Below, one piece after another: positions 22,171-32,848 of a stretch of 34,538 nt of DNA (positions are counted from its first letter, which is position 1; every line of letters begins with the position of its first letter). The position numbers and the translations under genes were made by a program. The notes under the pieces were generated by a model. The model was given only the letters and a program-made list of their open reading frames with translations. It did no database searches and had not been told where the DNA came from. Source of the DNA: Basidioascus undulatus (Eukaryota); NCBI GenBank assembly GCA_000826855.1, contig JTLS01000074.1:1-34538 (forward strand), written 5' to 3'.

Positions 22171-22920
22171 ATCTCGTTCACCTGGAGGAGGCAGCGGCGG
22201 GTGGAGCGGTTGTTGTGTCTGGTTGATGTTAGTCGGGTCGAGGACGATGCCTTCTTTCTCTTCTCATTCTCACTTAACCCCCTTGCTTGCTTCTTGCCTC
22301 CGTGTCTTCCACCCCTATCGTCTCTGGACTGTTCTATTTGCGCTTTTTAATGACCACCCTCACGATACTCGATTGATGTGCGACGTTATTTGTGCTCAGA
22401 TACCCCCTTATCTTCAGCATGCGTGCTGATCGCCTGCGTCTTGTCGAGGACCGCAACATGCACACCTGCACTGAAGCGCCATAGTAAGCCGCACCGCGCA
22501 GAGATGCGGGCGTTCCCACGGCGACGGTTCGGGATGGAGACAAGTGAGACAAGTGCCGAGTGAAGGTAGGAGGACCTGTGTAGAGCATGGAAGCTGGTTG
22601 CAAATATTGGTTGCAGGGCCGGGGCTGGCAATCGTCGAGCGCCGAGCCACCTGCCGTGGCTGGGATGAAGATCTCAACGATGTTTTCTCAAGGTTGTTTT
22701 CTGTCCCATTTAAGTATGTCTATGAAGCACCACATGAAACAAGGAGTGGGAGGACCAACAGTCCCTAAGGCTTCGAGCGGCAACATGCGGCGACGACAAG
22801 TGGCAAGTGCCACTAAACGCCGCCGCTGTGCCGCATGCACGCTGTTGCCTTCAACCACCACCTCCTCCTCTCCTCTTCATCCGCGTCCAAGGTGCATCTA
22901 CCCACATTCCCTAAGCCAGA

Positions 22921-23728
22921 ATGCCACTCCCGTCGTTTCCCCTTGAAATTCAGCACCGCATCATCTGCATCGATGCAACCCCCGCACCAGCTCTCCTACA
23001 TCCGCGACTGGCGCACGCTCGCATCGCTGTGTCGCGTATCTCGCTCGCTGCTTCCCATCGCACAGCGCGGTCTCTACGGATCCATCGTCATATTCTCTCG
23101 CGACCAGCTGAGCGCACTCTGCGCGAGCCTGCATGCGAACGCGGACCTGCCTCGAGTGGTGCACTCGCTCGCTGTGCTTTCGTTCTCTGCGCAGGATGCA
23201 GACGACCCGTATCCCTGGTTCGCGCGCGAGCTGAGCCTCGTTCTCTCCCTGCTGGGCCCGACGCTCCGGCGCATCGCAATTGAGGAGGCCCTCCGGGGGC
23301 TCGGGAGCCTTCCCAACCTCGAAGAGTGCGTCTCGGGTGCGTCGCCCTCTCGCTCCTCAGCCCCTCCAGCACGACACACCTGGTCCGCGTCGCCTCGGGG
23401 AAGTTCCACAGCCGCAATCAGGTGCCGCACGGCGCATCCTTCCCGCTCACAACCACATCGTCCTCCCATCGCGCACGGGCTGTTCCAGTACCGCCGTAAC
23501 CCCCTTGCGAACCCGACGGTGCTCGCCAATCTCGACGCGCTCGTACGCCCGTGCGTGGCGCTGAGGAGGTGCGTGTTTGTGGGTCCGGTGCAGCGGCCCG
23601 CGGCGGACGTGGAGGGGTTGAGGTCAAGCGGGTGGTGGAAGGAGAGGGAGGGGGAGGTCGTGTGGCTGGAGGAGTGTGCGAGCGCTGCGAAGGCGATTAT
23701 GGCGCTGGCTGTGCGGGGGACGCCGTGA
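22921..23728 (+). pseudogene. F-box/LRR-like gene with frameshift(s) (copy 2)
   Basis: MPLPSFPLEIQHRII (F-box start) is out of frame with PPHQLSYIRDWRTLASLCRVSRSLLPIAQRGLYGSI, and no GT-AG intron lies between them. LRR-like LGPTLRRIAI and LGSLPNLEE follow. Further compensating shifts are probable at 23330-23470. Confidence 0.65.
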
Positions 23729-26654
23729 GATTTAAGAGGGGAGTCGCTCGCGTCGTGATTGGACATGAAGCTGTGCATCTGTGTGGAAATGTGGAAATGT
23801 GGTGGATGCGCTGTGTCCTCTCCGGACTTGGAGAGCCTAGTGGAATTGGCTTGTAATGCAATTTGCAGGAGGTGCGGCAGGTAGTTACCGTCCTTTTCAT
23901 CGCAGAGTCGCAGCGAGCATAAATTTCGTCCCACGTGGGGTTCGCATGATTGCCTTGCCCGGTCACTTGTACCCTCCCCTAGTTCCTTGGGATCTCCAGT
24001 GAGGACCAACTGACATCGAAGCGCTCCGAGGAAAGTCCTGACATTGCATTCTTGCTCTGCACTCGCCGAGAGGGACGCTGACGCCCTCCAGTCCTCGCTC
24101 AGCATGCGTGCGGATTGTCCGCGCTTTCTGGAGCCTCACGGCTTTCATGCCGGCTTGATCATTCTGGCCAATCTGCCTTGAAGCTCTCGTTCAACGGCAA
24201 CTTCTCAAACCCTCTTCCTCTCGGTGTCGCAGAGAGCAGTCCTTCTGTCCTCACGTAGGATTGGCCGCCAAAAGATGCACACTTGCAAGTGGATCCACGC
24301 CGACAGAAGAAAGCAAATGCACCGCGGAGACGTTACTCACGCCCATGCGACTTTCATAAGATAGCAGCAGGCACAACAGAGAATATTCATCAACGAATGC
24401 CAGGTTTCATGCATGGGTACCAGCTACAGTATTGTTTTTCATGCCGATTCGAAGTTGAAGTAGCTCTTTCCCCACCATACTGCTACCCCCTGGCGCGCCA
24501 ACTGCTCGGTCACTCCAGCTAGCTGAACAAACACAACCTCCTCAATGCTCCACTTCATGTGAATGCGTTGTAGAGACGCTGGCGTTGCGCGGTTGATGGC
24601 TCACCTTTGAGCAGCGGTGCAGAGATCGATCGCGCCAAGAGGGAGGACCGCTCCTCCCTTATGCCGGACCCACTACTGTCATCAGCGTGATAATATCCGG
24701 CATCGGTAAGTCCATAGTCAACATTGGCGGTGGCCGACAACAAGGTACGTCAAGCTTCTTCCACTGCAATATGTCCAAAACTGCAACTGCACCCCGGCTC
24801 TGATCAATTGTCCTGACCATACATCCTAAACAGAAATGCGGGGAGTTCGCAAGACGTGGCCGAACTTCAACGTGCGCTGTGTGCCTACGTAAGTTTTAGC
24901 TGATGGGCTGAGCCACTTCCGCTGTGTGCGCCTTCAGGCTGTGATCTGCCACACCGAGCACTAAACAAATGGGACGGCGAGCGTGGCGTCTGTGGCACGA
25001 GTACCGGGAGTTTGACATTGCCATTGGAGGGACGGTCGGGGCGCTTGTTTCAAGCTTTTCATGTTGCTGTGCTGCAGCTACTGACGTATTTCTTGTACTT
25101 GCGAAATGTACAGCTATGAGATGTGTGGATTCTTTTATGTGCTATGATGATGTGCACCTGACTGGTAGACAGTGCTGCTTCGCAACTTACCGCAGACCTC
25201 GCGTCCGGCACCTTCACGCTCGAGGGTGAGGCGGCTACCTGAACATACGCAACCCCCCTTGCTTCAACTTCCACTTCATCTTCTTCACCCCCTGGCTGCA
25301 ACATGTTCCGTTCAAAGTGGGCCTAGTCGGGCAACAAGGTGAAGGACGAGGACGGAGGACGGGACGCTTACCTTGGCGGAGCCCGCGTGAAGGCATGAAG
25401 CTGGCTAGGCTTACAGCTTCTCTCGATCTTCTGCATCGGAGGAGGAACTCGGAGTTTACTCTAGGACTTTCTTTTATCCTCGTAGGCTAAAGGTAGCTTG
25501 CACAATCTTTTCTCCAGACCCCGCAACCCTTGTCCCTGCATACATTCGCTTGATCTGTTACGTACTGTGTATTGCCTCGCCAAAGCACACATCGTGCACA
25601 ATGGTAAAGCTGTGGTTTGGAGCGGCGGGTGGTACGTGTTATCCGGTGGCCTCTACCCTTGGCATGTTAAATATGCACTTCCTCACCATACCGACACGTA
25701 GTGTGGCATGGTCTTGCATGGAAAAGTCGGGGCGATTGGTCCCCGGAGGCTATATATCAGAAGTCTAAACAAGTCTTTTCAGCTGGGATATGTGCGGCGT
25801 AGCTCTCAGTCGAATCCGCATCGTCTTGTCGCTGCTTGTAGACACACCCACCATTGGTTGACAATCTCTTAATCCAGAGCACCAGAACAATTTCCAACGG
25901 GAGATTTTTATTGCTGAGATTCCCGTTTGTCGCTTCATGATAGGCCTTTCGATACGGGCGACCGGCTGACTTGCAGCGCGCTGCCCATCCTCCCCGTTCC
26001 TCCCTTCCTTCATCTGTCACCCTTCAGAACGATGCGTGACTATGGACCCACATAATTTCACGTAATGAGATTATTGATCTGCTGCTCTAGTTAAATCACA
26101 TTGCGCCGAGCTAGGAAGGCCTTGCCGGCCGCGCCGCGCCGTTGCCATGCTGCAAAGCGTGTCTCTCTGCACTGCGATGGCAGCCCCCAATCAGGCGCAA
26201 AAACACAGTCAGGCGCGAACAATGTTTGAAATTCCGTCAATATTATTAGTATCTGAAATTATCCTTGTAACAAGGATGGAGGGAGCTTTTGGGCAGCTTG
26301 TCCGTCGTTGGTCCCTGAGCACTATGCCCCCCGTCGTTGCGAAAGCCCCACCGACGGAGGGGAGCAAGCCAGGCATAGACTTGGCACCTCCTTTTCAGAT
26401 GATTTTCCGACTAACTCCTTCGAATAATAAAAAAGTCGCAGCGAAAGTCCAAGCAGTTACTAGGAGGCCGTTTTGCGTCCACAATGTCTCGCTTCGTCAA
26501 CACGTGAAGACCCCGTTCCATCCGGACCAGGCAGACGATCGCAAGCGCCCTAGCAACCACTCAGCCACTCATCTCACACCAAGATCCAGGGCTTTCATAA
26601 CTCAGACCCACCAACCGCCTGATATCTCAGCCAACCCAATCGCACTACTCCCCC

Positions 26655-27048
26655 ATGTCCCCCGGCGCCCCCTCCCCCCCCTCGCTCCCGACCCTCCGCG
26701 CTGCGCTCCTCCGTCTCATCGAGCTGCTTGACGACCAGGGTTCAGCCTCTTCTCTCGCCTCGCTCGAGACCGAGAACGCCGCGCTTCGTGCAGAGCTGGT
26801 TGAGTACAAGTTCAGCCGTTTCTTTTTCGCTGTCCGGCAGTACGGGTGCATGCCTGACAGGGCTGGTGAGGTGGGACAGGCGAGAGAAAGAGAAGGAAGG
26901 CAAGCTGAAGCAGGCGAGGGACGAGCTCGAGTCGCTTTATACGACGGCACTGGAGAGGGGGATGTGGGGAGGGAAGGGCGGGAGGAAGGATGAGAGGCTC
27001 GGCGGAGGCGGAGGGGGGAAAGGCAGGAGGGACGGGCCGAAGCTGTGA
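26655..27048 (+). CDS. Small coiled-coil hypothetical protein, 2 exons
   Basis: Exon 26655-26803 (LRAALLRLIELLD...LETENAALRAELVE), intron 26804-26879 (gtacaa...ctgac...gacag), exon 26880-27048 (REKEKEGKLKQARDELESLY...). Splicing joins two heptad-rich segments in frame. The donor is weak. Confidence 0.55.
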
Positions 27049-27846
27049 GGGTGCCCCCAGTGGAATCGACAAGGCTTCCCGGGAGCTTAGAGCAGGCGTA
27101 TGACCCAGATCGGGTATATCTGTGGTTGTGGTCCTGGGGGCTGTGGGTTACCGAGGCGAGAGGAGGTTGAGTGGGCAGTACTCTGTGTGCAGCGTCGAGC
27201 TGTGAATCCAGCCCCCAATGATCGTCGTCACACTAAGGCATGTTACATAGAAGATCCAGACTTTCCTTTCAGAGGTCCCAGTGTCTTTGTGTAGGGGCTT
27301 TGACTTAACTCATCCGACGACGAAGGCGTGTACGCCGCCATGTGAGGCAGAATCTAGTCGTTGGAGAGACATTTAGGCCATTCTTCCGCCCGTTCTTCCG
27401 CTCCGCTCTTCGACATGTCTTGCCCGCCCCTATATCTTGCCCTCGGACCATGATCATCTTATGTTGAGACACCTCTAAGCCTGCGCTCTTTCGCCCTAGC
27501 CAGGTTTTGCTCCACACGCCAACTACTGTTTTCAAACGGGTCACGCTCGCGCCTTGATGCGGACCAGTTCAAGGACTCGAAGAATGCGTCTCTCGCGATA
27601 CTTTGCTATCTGCAAGAGAATGCAGGACGGACGCTTGCCTGGAGGATGGTATTACGGCACCTGGACAGATGGCGTTGGTACTTGGCAAAGCGAGCTACTC
27701 TCCGCTCTGCACAGCATGGGATGCAACGCACACTGCGGAAGTGAGTTTTTTTCTGTAGTTCCTGTATAGAGGGCCTTGTCATTCGAAGAATACATTTGCT
27801 GCTGATCTGAAATAGAAGAAATTCCTGCACTGTGCAGGGCATAAAA

Positions 27847-27925
27847 TGACAAGAGTGGGATTCGAACCCACGAACCGAAGACTAGCACCTGAAGCTAGCG
27901 GATTTGACCGCTTTCCTATCTTGTC
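27847..27925 (-). tRNA. tRNA-Leu(CAG), intronless
   Basis: Minus strand: GACAAGA/TCTTGTC acceptor plus A73, D arm GGA-AAGCGGTCAAA-TCC, anticodon arm CTAGC-TTCAGGT-GCTAG, variable region TCTTCGGTTC, T arm GTGGG-TTCGAAT-CCCAC, followed by TTTT. Confidence 0.9.
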
Positions 27926-28306
27926 AGGATTTTCCTTAATCATTAAGACCTATCTGTTATCTGACTGTGTGCGGAATCAGAGCACCGAGCACCCCGATTA
28001 TAGACAGTATAGAGATCCTACACTGCATTTTGACATTTTGAACGGTCTTTGCCTGTAAAAGAGTCTGAGCTGGCCGCCGGCATGGCTTTATTGTCGCTGC
28101 AGGAAGGTTGACAGGCACGTGCCGGCAAGTGTCAAGCAACTGTCAAGTGTAGGACGAGTGCGAGGGCACTCCGCGACTCCGCGTGCAGCCCCAGCCCCAG
28201 TCCCCAATCGCACCGCCCTTTGTCCCTCCAGTCTCAATCTCCCAACGACCGCCCCGACTGACTCCTCATAGCGGTTTGGCGCTCGCCATTGCTGTTCACC
28301 CGGACG

Positions 28307-30300
28307 ATGCCTCTCCCCCAGCACCAGCCGCTCGAGCTCGGCCCGCCTAGCGGCGGGCGCAAGCGTGCCGTCGTCCTCCGGCTCTCGGACGACATGCTAA
28401 GCCGGCTGGGAGATGCGCTCGCGCAGGGGAAGGATCCGAGAGAACTGCTGAGGATTGATTTGGGCAATGATAACCCTGTGAGTTGAGATGCCTGAGCGAT
28501 TGGAGCGGGGACAGCCGAGGAGATGGACTGCTGCACGCTGGATGCACATCCTGATGGACGGAGGAGGGCATGGGCTGGCTCAATTCGGCGTTACTTCCGC
28601 CGTCCATCATTGACATAGACGTGCAGTCTAGTAAGGAGTCTGACGAATATCCCATTCATTCCAGATTCTGCATTTCCTCTCGACCGCCCACGCCCTCACC
28701 TCGCACGCCTCCTCCGCCCCGATCGACCTGTACTCGCGCCCGTCCCCGAAAACCTCCTCCTCCGCTTCACAGTCCCTCCCCTTTTCCGCCCCCCTCACGC
28801 ACACGCTCTCCCTCAAGCCAAGTCTGGCCAACTCGGGCGCCTCCTCGCGCATCCGCGAGCGCCAAGCGACAATCGCGAAGGAGAAGGAAGCCAAGAAGGC
28901 GATCGTGCTCGACGCGCCGCCGACGACCGCCAAGGGCGCTTCGTCGTCTGCGAAGGGCAAGAAGAAGGCCGCGGGGGGCGGGCTCGGGAATGGCATCATT
29001 CAGGCCAAGCGGGAGGGCAGCGAGCTCAGACGCACGCCTACGCCCGCTGCCGCGCCTGGCCCGAGCGCCAACGGCGGGGCGGGCGGCATCCCCCTCCGTA
29101 CACGCGTACTGCAGCTTCTGGCATTGGGACCAAAGGAGGCGTCAGATGTGGCTGCGACGGTCAAGGGTAGCTTGGAGGATGTGCATGGTGTCTTGTCCGA
29201 AGTACGTCTATCTATCCCTTCGGCTACCGCCTCTCTCCCATCTCCGGCTTGGCACTGATCCGCATTCCCTGACGCCTCAGGTCGCCTCCGCCACCCGAAC
29301 ACGCGCAGTCGCCACTCCACTGTACTCGCTCAAGCCCGCCTCCTATATCCACGTCCAAACGCACACCTGGAAGCCATACAGCGCATTCGAACGCGACGGC
29401 GTAATTGCCGCGTGCAAGCGCGCGTTCGACAAGCTCGAGCTCCCCGCGGACGCGCCCGAGCGGCGCGCGCTCGCGGGCGCAGGGGCGAAGCGCGAGCGCG
29501 GCGCGGACGAGGACCTGCCTGGGCCGGGCGGGCCGGCGCTCAAGAAGAAGAAGACTATCGAGGGCACGCGACGGAACATCTTGCGGGCGAGCGAGGGGAA
29601 GCCCAGCAGGTCGCCAAGCCCATCGAAACCATTGACGGCGTCCGCTGGCGGCGCCGCCGCCACGCCTAAGGCCGCGTCCGGCTCGCGCTCGTCGTCCGCC
29701 GCTTCGGAACCGCCAGCGTCGTCATCTACAGCGAAGAGGAAACGAGCCGAGCCCGAACCTCCACAAGCGGCCGCACCTACTCCCCCTCCCGCACGCTCAA
29801 ACGGCACCACCCCCTCCTCTTCCTCCAAACTCCGCAAATCATCATCTTCCACCACCGCCGCCGCTGCCGCTCCCCCCTCCTCCTCTGCCACCGCCACCCC
29901 CGCCGGCTCCGGTGCCGGTGCCCCAACATCCAAGAAGCCGCGCACGACCCGGCGACCCTCTCCAACATACACGTCGTCCTCCTCAGACGAGGACGACGCG
30001 GAGGGCGAGCCAGACCCGACAGCGCAGCCTTCCACGTCCGCCTCCGCTTCGGACGCCCCACGCGCGGACCTCCGCAAGCGGTACGCGAACCTGTACCCCG
30101 CGTATGCAGCCGCCGTGGGCGCCGTGCAGGCGCAGCAGGCGCTCCTCGCCGCTGCGGCGAAGGGCGAGGGCGGCGACGCCGCGCTGGACGGGTACGTCGG
30201 CGAGGGCGCCCTCGCGGCCATGGTCCAGGGCGTAAGGCAGATGCATGATGAGCTCGAGGACATAAGACGGAGGCTCGAGGGGAGGAAGAAGGGCGCGTAG
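28307..30300 (+). CDS. RNA polymerase II elongation factor ELL/Ell1-like protein, 3 exons
   Basis: Exons 28307-28477, 28665-29201, 29281-30300. N-terminal AVVLRLSDDML; central PLRTRVLQLLALGP...LYSLKPASYIHVQTHTWKPYSAFER resembling the ELL winged-helix segment; Ser/Ala/Pro linker; C-terminal helical DLRKRYANLYPAY...MHDELEDIRRRL resembling the occludin/ELL domain. Confidence 0.75.
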
Positions 30301-30789
30301 ATGCGAGCGGAGGGGGGCGACACTGTTCCTGCAGGTTGTTATGCCTTTGTTTTCACCTGAGTGCATTCATACGAGACGCTTTGGCTTGTTCTGCTGTGCG
30401 GGCTCTCTTGTGGTCCTGCTGGCTGGTGTGCGGCCGCGACTGCAGCGATCGATGTGGCCTGCCGTTCGCACTTGCTTTTCCAAACTGCAAATGTGTCTGG
30501 ACGGTCAAGCCTTCGTGAGCGATTCTTCGTGAAAAGTAGAGTACTGCCCAATCAAGTTTAGATATTGTCTCTTGGAGGTAAATTTGAAAAGTCATGCAGT
30601 GAACGGTTGGACGTTCGACGACAGGACCGCGCAGACTTTACGCGGAAAATACAGCTGTACCCCGCAAACATCTCGTCCCGCCAAAAGAATACAGGACAAA
30701 AATCTGTGAACTGAAACATTTCGCTCTTCACATTTCGCCCATCAATGCCTCCCACATCGTCCTCCAGTTCCCAGATCGTTCCGTCAATG

Positions 30790-31662
30790 ATTCGGTCCGC
30801 GAACCACGATTCCGCTTGTCGGTCGGATCCGGGCTCGTCTCGGACGAGGACGAGGACCTTGGCATGAAGCGGCGGAGGCAGCAGCGCTTTTTACTTTGCC
30901 CAGGAAGTGGTCTATCGCAGTCTGCGGGGAGGCCGCTGACGCCAGGAAAATTCTAAGCCTCGGATATACTCCCAGGATGACCTTCTGTAAGGTGAGCGAA
31001 TGCAGCACAAGCCTCGAGAGATCGGCGATATAGTCATCATTGAAAAGATTAATGGAACCGCCATTTGCGATAGCGAGATGCCTTGAGGCTCGGGAACCTT
31101 AGGAGTGAGTCAACCTTGGCCGCATCGAAAACGAAGTAGCTGAGTGCGAGACGCTGGACATTGCTGAAAGCCGCATAGCTACCGAGCTCTGGACCTCTAA
31201 AGAGGCTTGCTTCCCCATGGGTTCGCATACTCCTCAAGCGACGGCTGACCACCCCATGGCGAGGTCATAACGAGGTCTGAGCTGCGCCGTAGAGAGGGCA
31301 TATTGTGCAAAATATTCTCAACCTGGTGGGATATAAACGCGGATGACGGCGTGTGGTAGCGCTTGAATAAAAAATCGAAATCGAGCACGAGTGAGCAGGT
31401 CAGGGCGGGCTTCTGCAGTACGAAAAAGCTTGGCGGCCGGGCTTGACCTGGTGGCGCCATTTTCACCTGAGCTTGCGAAGTTGTAGGATACGGTATACCA
31501 AGCCTAGAGTAGGGAGGTGGTGAGCTCATTGAAAGAGCGTGAGACTTGGCAGAGCGAGGCAAGCGTCGCCAAGTCACGAACGTACGCGAGCGGGTGCGAT
31601 GGGGCAGCGACCTCCTCGATGATGAGCCTGTGAACATCGACGGGCAGCGTTTGATTGGACAT
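30790..31662 (-). pseudogene. F-box/LRR-like pseudogene (copy 3)
   Basis: MSNQTLPVDVHRLIIEEVAAPSHPLAYVRDLATLASLCQVSRSFNELTTSLL* ends with TAG at 31506-31504, where copy 2 has Tyr. Downstream LRR-like pieces lie in other frames (ENILHNMPSLRR; FSNVQRLALSYF; LLRFPSLK). Confidence 0.7.
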
Positions 31663-32848
31663 GGCGGTGAAGGGGCTGTCACTGTGGTGAAGGGAGTGTC
31701 ACGGTGGTGTAAGTATGGTGTATGTGAGAAGAGAGAGAGGAAGGGGGGAGAGGGAGAGGAAGGGGGGCCTCCCACTTCCGGTTACTCGTAAAACGTTCTT
31801 TTTGTCATCCCTGGAGTGATAAGGCGATGCTGCAGACCCCTTAGAAGCTTCTTGAATATTCTCCGTGACCAGGGAAGTAGAGTTACTCTACATGCGCAGA
31901 GACCCGATTCTAGAATCTCGGATTCACCTTCACGTTGCGCGCACTCATGCACTGTATCTTCTGACGTCCGCTACGGGCGAAGGAGTACAGCCGTTTGCAT
32001 ATCAGCTTTAGCGTTCATACCTACCCAGAACACCTAAAAATCCAAACTTACGGTGCTTCACAAAGGGAGCACGGGAGGAAGATCGCAAGGCTTTTGAGAA
32101 GACCTGAGCACCGCTGCAGTCTTCGCATCCCGTGTGAATGCCGTGCGGCCTGCCAGCACTTACATTCGCCAGTATTGACCTTTCATGCTACACCTACACT
32201 TACAACCCCTGAACCCGTAGGCCTATACTGCCTTTTGAGATACCCCTGACGTCGCCTCGGACCTTGCACCCGCCGAGCTGCGGTGCAAGACATAGGTTAT
32301 AGTGACGGGGACACCACTTCAAATAGGCCATTCAGGTACTCAATGAAGCTCAGGGAAACCAAAGAGGTCCCTTGATCGGATACAAAGATGAGAGTTGGCG
32401 ATGTGCTGAGTGGGTCTAACTGAGTGGGTCTGACTAAGTAACTCTCCTTTTCTGAGATGCGATGCGCATTCTGCCTTCCATACCAAAGAAAGTCACGCTG
32501 GAGAAGGTTACATATTTCAATGAAGTTGTTCGTTCCTGTGCTACACGGCACCGCCTCTAGAAACGCCTCTGTCCGCTGCGGTGTTGTCGTCTGGGAGAAG
32601 CCTGTCGGTTCATGCTGCGAACAATATTTTCCGAGCAAATACTGCACAGGGTACTGAGAAACACATTTACACATGGAATTGAACAGAATGGCCATTCTCC
32701 CCAAGCTGGCACAGCTTTGAAACGCGTCCAACTCCAACGCGTCGCCTTTTCCGCGGATGCAACCGACGCGTCCCCCACCTTTTCCAGCGTTCACAACTCT
32801 CATCACCCTCATCAGTTTACCGCATCCATAGCCGTACCCATCCACACC

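Noticed and set aside
27847..27925. CUG codon reassignment or a selenocysteine/suppressor tRNA (TTCA in the loop)
   Set aside because: The 7-nt loop places CAG, not TCA, at the anticodon. CTG codons occupy conserved Leu positions here (CDC50 RLKAW, SOD YYL and SLFW).
29343..30323. 326-aa minus-strand ORF
   Set aside because: Antisense of ELL-like exon 3.
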